Assembly: GCA_963772725.1 (NCBI GenBank)
Contig: CAVYYI010000004.1
Coordinates: 224,001 to 288,000, forward strand
DNA: 64,000 nt
Source: an uncultured Phycisphaerales bacterium
GTDB lineage: Bacteria > Planctomycetota > Phycisphaerae > Sedimentisphaerales > Anaerobacaceae
Direction of reading: 5' to 3'
Shown here: piece by piece, positions 62,149 to 64,000 of the stretch
Layout: every line of letters starts with the position of its first letter
Position numbering within the stretch: the first letter of the stretch is position 1
Notes under the pieces: generated by a model
Told to the model about the DNA's origin: nothing
What the model saw: the letters and a program-made list of their open reading frames with translations, nothing else
Databases searched by the model: none
Position numbers and translations under genes: made by a program

Positions 62149-63417
62149 TTATATTTTTTCCTTGTTAGGTACAATGAAATGCTCCGGTACTGGGAATTGT
62201 GAGCACAACATCAGGGCTTCCCTGCCGGTAGTTTCGATAACCGATTCATTGTCGATATTTTCGGCCACTTTATTAATGAGCGAGGCGATTTGCCGAACCT
62301 GCTGTTCTTTCATACCTCTCGTTGTAATTGCGGCGGTACCAATTCTCAGGCCGCTTGGATTGAACGGCGGGGCGGGGTCATTGGGAATCGAATTACAGTT
62401 GGTTTCAATTTTTGCCCTGTCGAGAGCCTTGGCGAATTTTCTGCCGGGAATATTTTTATTTCGCAAATCAATCAGAATCAGGTGATTGTCAGTTCCGCCT
62501 GATACGAGATTGAAACCGTGTTCGATAAGCTGTGCGGCAAGGGCCTTTGAGTTTTTGACAATCTGTTTGGCATAAGCGATAAATTCGGGTGTATCGGCTT
62601 CGGCGAGAGCGACGGCGATACCTGAAATAGTGTGCATGTGTGGGCCGCCCTGGAGGCCTGGGAAGACGGCCTTATCGACATTTTTGGCGTGTTGGTCCTT
62701 GCAGAGGAGCATTCCGCCGCGTGGGCCCCTGAGAGTCTTGTGCGTAGTTGTCGAGACTATGTCAGCGTGTGGAACGGGGCTTGGATGTATTCCGCCGACG
62801 ACAAGGCCGGAAATGTGAGCGATGTCGCTGACGTGAAACGCGCCGACGCTTTTTGCTATTTCTCCAAAGGCCTTAAAGTCTATTTCTCTTGGATAGGCGG
62901 TTGCGCCGGAGATAATAATCCGGGGCTTATGTTTTTTCGCGAGAGCCTCAATTTGATTGTAGTCGAACCTTCCGGTATTGGGGTCAACGGTGTACTGGAC
63001 GGAGTTAAATATTTTTCCGGTGAGGCTTACGTTCCAGCCGTGCGTCAGGTGTCCGCCGTGCGGCAGTGCCAAACCCATTATCGTCGCGCCTGGCTCAACA
63101 AGGGCAAGATAGGCTGCCAGATTGGCGACGGAGCCGGAGTAAGGCTGGACGTTGACATGGTCTGCCTTAAAAACTTTTTTAGCGCGTTCCTGCGCAAGGG
63201 TCTCGATGAGGTCTGTTACCTGCTGGCCTTCGTAGTATCTTTTGCCGGGGTAGCCTTCTGCGTATTTATTTGTCAGGCAGCTTCCGCTTGCGGACATAAC
63301 GGCCTTTGAAACGTAATTTTCGGAAGCGATAAGGCGAATCACACCGCTTTGCCGTGCGCCTTCCTGTCTTATAAGTTCGTACATTTGCGGGTCATAATTT
63401 TCAAGAGCAGTAATCAT
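62149..63417 (-). CDS. glyA: Serine hydroxymethyltransferase
   Basis: LIASENY, NKYAEGYPGKRYY, GGHLTHG, TTTHKTLRGPRGG, VFPGLQGGP, SGLRIGT. Confidence 0.98.
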   Translation of the reverse strand: MITALENYDPQMYELIRQEGARQSGVIRLIASENYVSKAVMSASGSCLTNKYAEGYPGKRYYEGQQVTDLIETLAQERAKKVFKADHVNVQPYSGSVANLAAYLALVEPGATIMGLALPHGGHLTHGWNVSLTGKIFNSVQYTVDPNTGRFDYNQIEALAKKHKPRIIISGATAYPREIDFKAFGEIAKSVGAFHVSDIAHISGLVVGGIHPSPVPHADIVSTTTHKTLRGPRGGMLLCKDQHAKNVDKAVFPGLQGGPHMHTISGIAVALAEADTPEFIAYAKQIVKNSKALAAQLIEHGFNLVSGGTDNHLILIDLRNKNIPGRKFAKALDRAKIETNCNSIPNDPAPPFNPSGLRIGTAAITTRGMKEQQVRQIASLINKVAENIDNESVIETTGREALMLCSQFPVPEHFIVPNKEKI

Positions 63418-63459
63418 TTTATTCTCCTAATATTATTCATAATTCCGAAATAAACTCAA

Positions 63460-63490
63460 AAGTCCTGTCCTGGAACCAGGATAGGGATTT
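63460..63490 (-). terminator. Possible terminator hairpin upstream of glyA
   Basis: Minus strand CCTATCCTG-GTTC-CAGGACAGG followed by ACTTTTG. Confidence 0.4.
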
Positions 63491-63653
63491 GTGTCTTTAT
63501 GTTTTTTAACTTGCTAAGGGGTAAATCAACAACTGCCATCCTTGTATTCCTGCACAAAATTAATTCATAATACTGAGCCTGCTTTTTTGGTCAGACCGGC
63601 ATTTTACAGGTAAGTTTTATAGCATAAGCTAACTTTTTATGCAAGTATTGGTT

Positions 63654-64000
63654 TTATTTTGCGGTGTGGGCAGGTTCATCGCTCCATCCGCCGCCCAGGG
63701 CTTTATATAAAACCACGAGATTTGTGGAAACTGTGCGGTTACTTTGGACCAAGGCGTCCTGTGAAAGGTAGAGAGAACGCTGGGCATTTAAAACATTTAG
63801 AAAATCAGTTTCTCCTTCGGTATAAAGAATAGTTGACAGTTCAACCGCTTTGCGATTTGCAGCAACTGCCTCGGCGAGTGATTTACGATGTTCCTCTTCT
63901 TTTGTTGAGGCTATTAAGGCGTTTTCTACTTCCTGCATAGCGGCAAGAACAGTCTGCTGATACAAAATAAAAGTCTCTTCTTTTAAGGCTTTTTGCAATT
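63654..64000 (-). CDS. Efflux outer membrane factor (NodT/TolC family), C-terminal part
   Basis: YQQTVLAAMQEVENAL, Y.EG.TDFLNVL.AQR.L, LYKALGGGW. Confidence 0.9.
   Translation of the reverse strand, partial: LQKALKEETFILYQQTVLAAMQEVENALIASTKEEEHRKSLAEAVAANRKAVELSTILYTEGETDFLNVLNAQRSLYLSQDALVQSNRTVSTNLVVLYKALGGGWSDEPAHTAK

Noticed and set aside
63420..63650. ZMP/ZTP, glycine or THF riboswitch upstream of glyA
   Set aside because: I could not find the conserved aptamer motifs by eye; only a simple hairpin is present. An Rfam scan would settle it.

Overview
Bacterial chromosome segment, most likely an anaerobic Planctomycetota (Phycisphaerae/Sedimentisphaerales-like). This is inferred from the PEP-CTERM proteins, an H-X9-DG-type prepilin, a DUF1573 fusion and a short PheT. 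It mixes housekeeping genes (pheT, argG, rpoD, dnaG, rpsO, pnp, glyA, glgP, menA, tRNA-Ala) with accessory loci: an IS66 nested in an IS5 (both with IRs and target duplications); a TPR / Cys-rich secreted repeat protein / partner / DsbA locus; a HEPN-MNT pair; a hypFCDEAB operon carrying a four-helix-bundle gene bracketed by inverted heptamer tracts; a kaiC-kaiB-kaiB-PAS/GAF kinase cluster; and a decayed REP-associated tyrosine transposase with its REPs. The strongest candidate for an undescribed system is 37180-42138. There a receiver-less sigma54 activator is followed by candidate enhancer palindromes, a -24/-12 promoter and a boxA, then two copies of a 260-280 nt structured non-coding element (six ACAYG-hairpin-CRTGA-TATARA units, with covariation) that flank a pseudo-receiver gene and precede three PEP-CTERM genes. 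Many genes, including conserved housekeeping ones, carry single-base indels, which most likely reflects sequencing or assembly error. Family assignments come from motif recognition only; no database searches were run.
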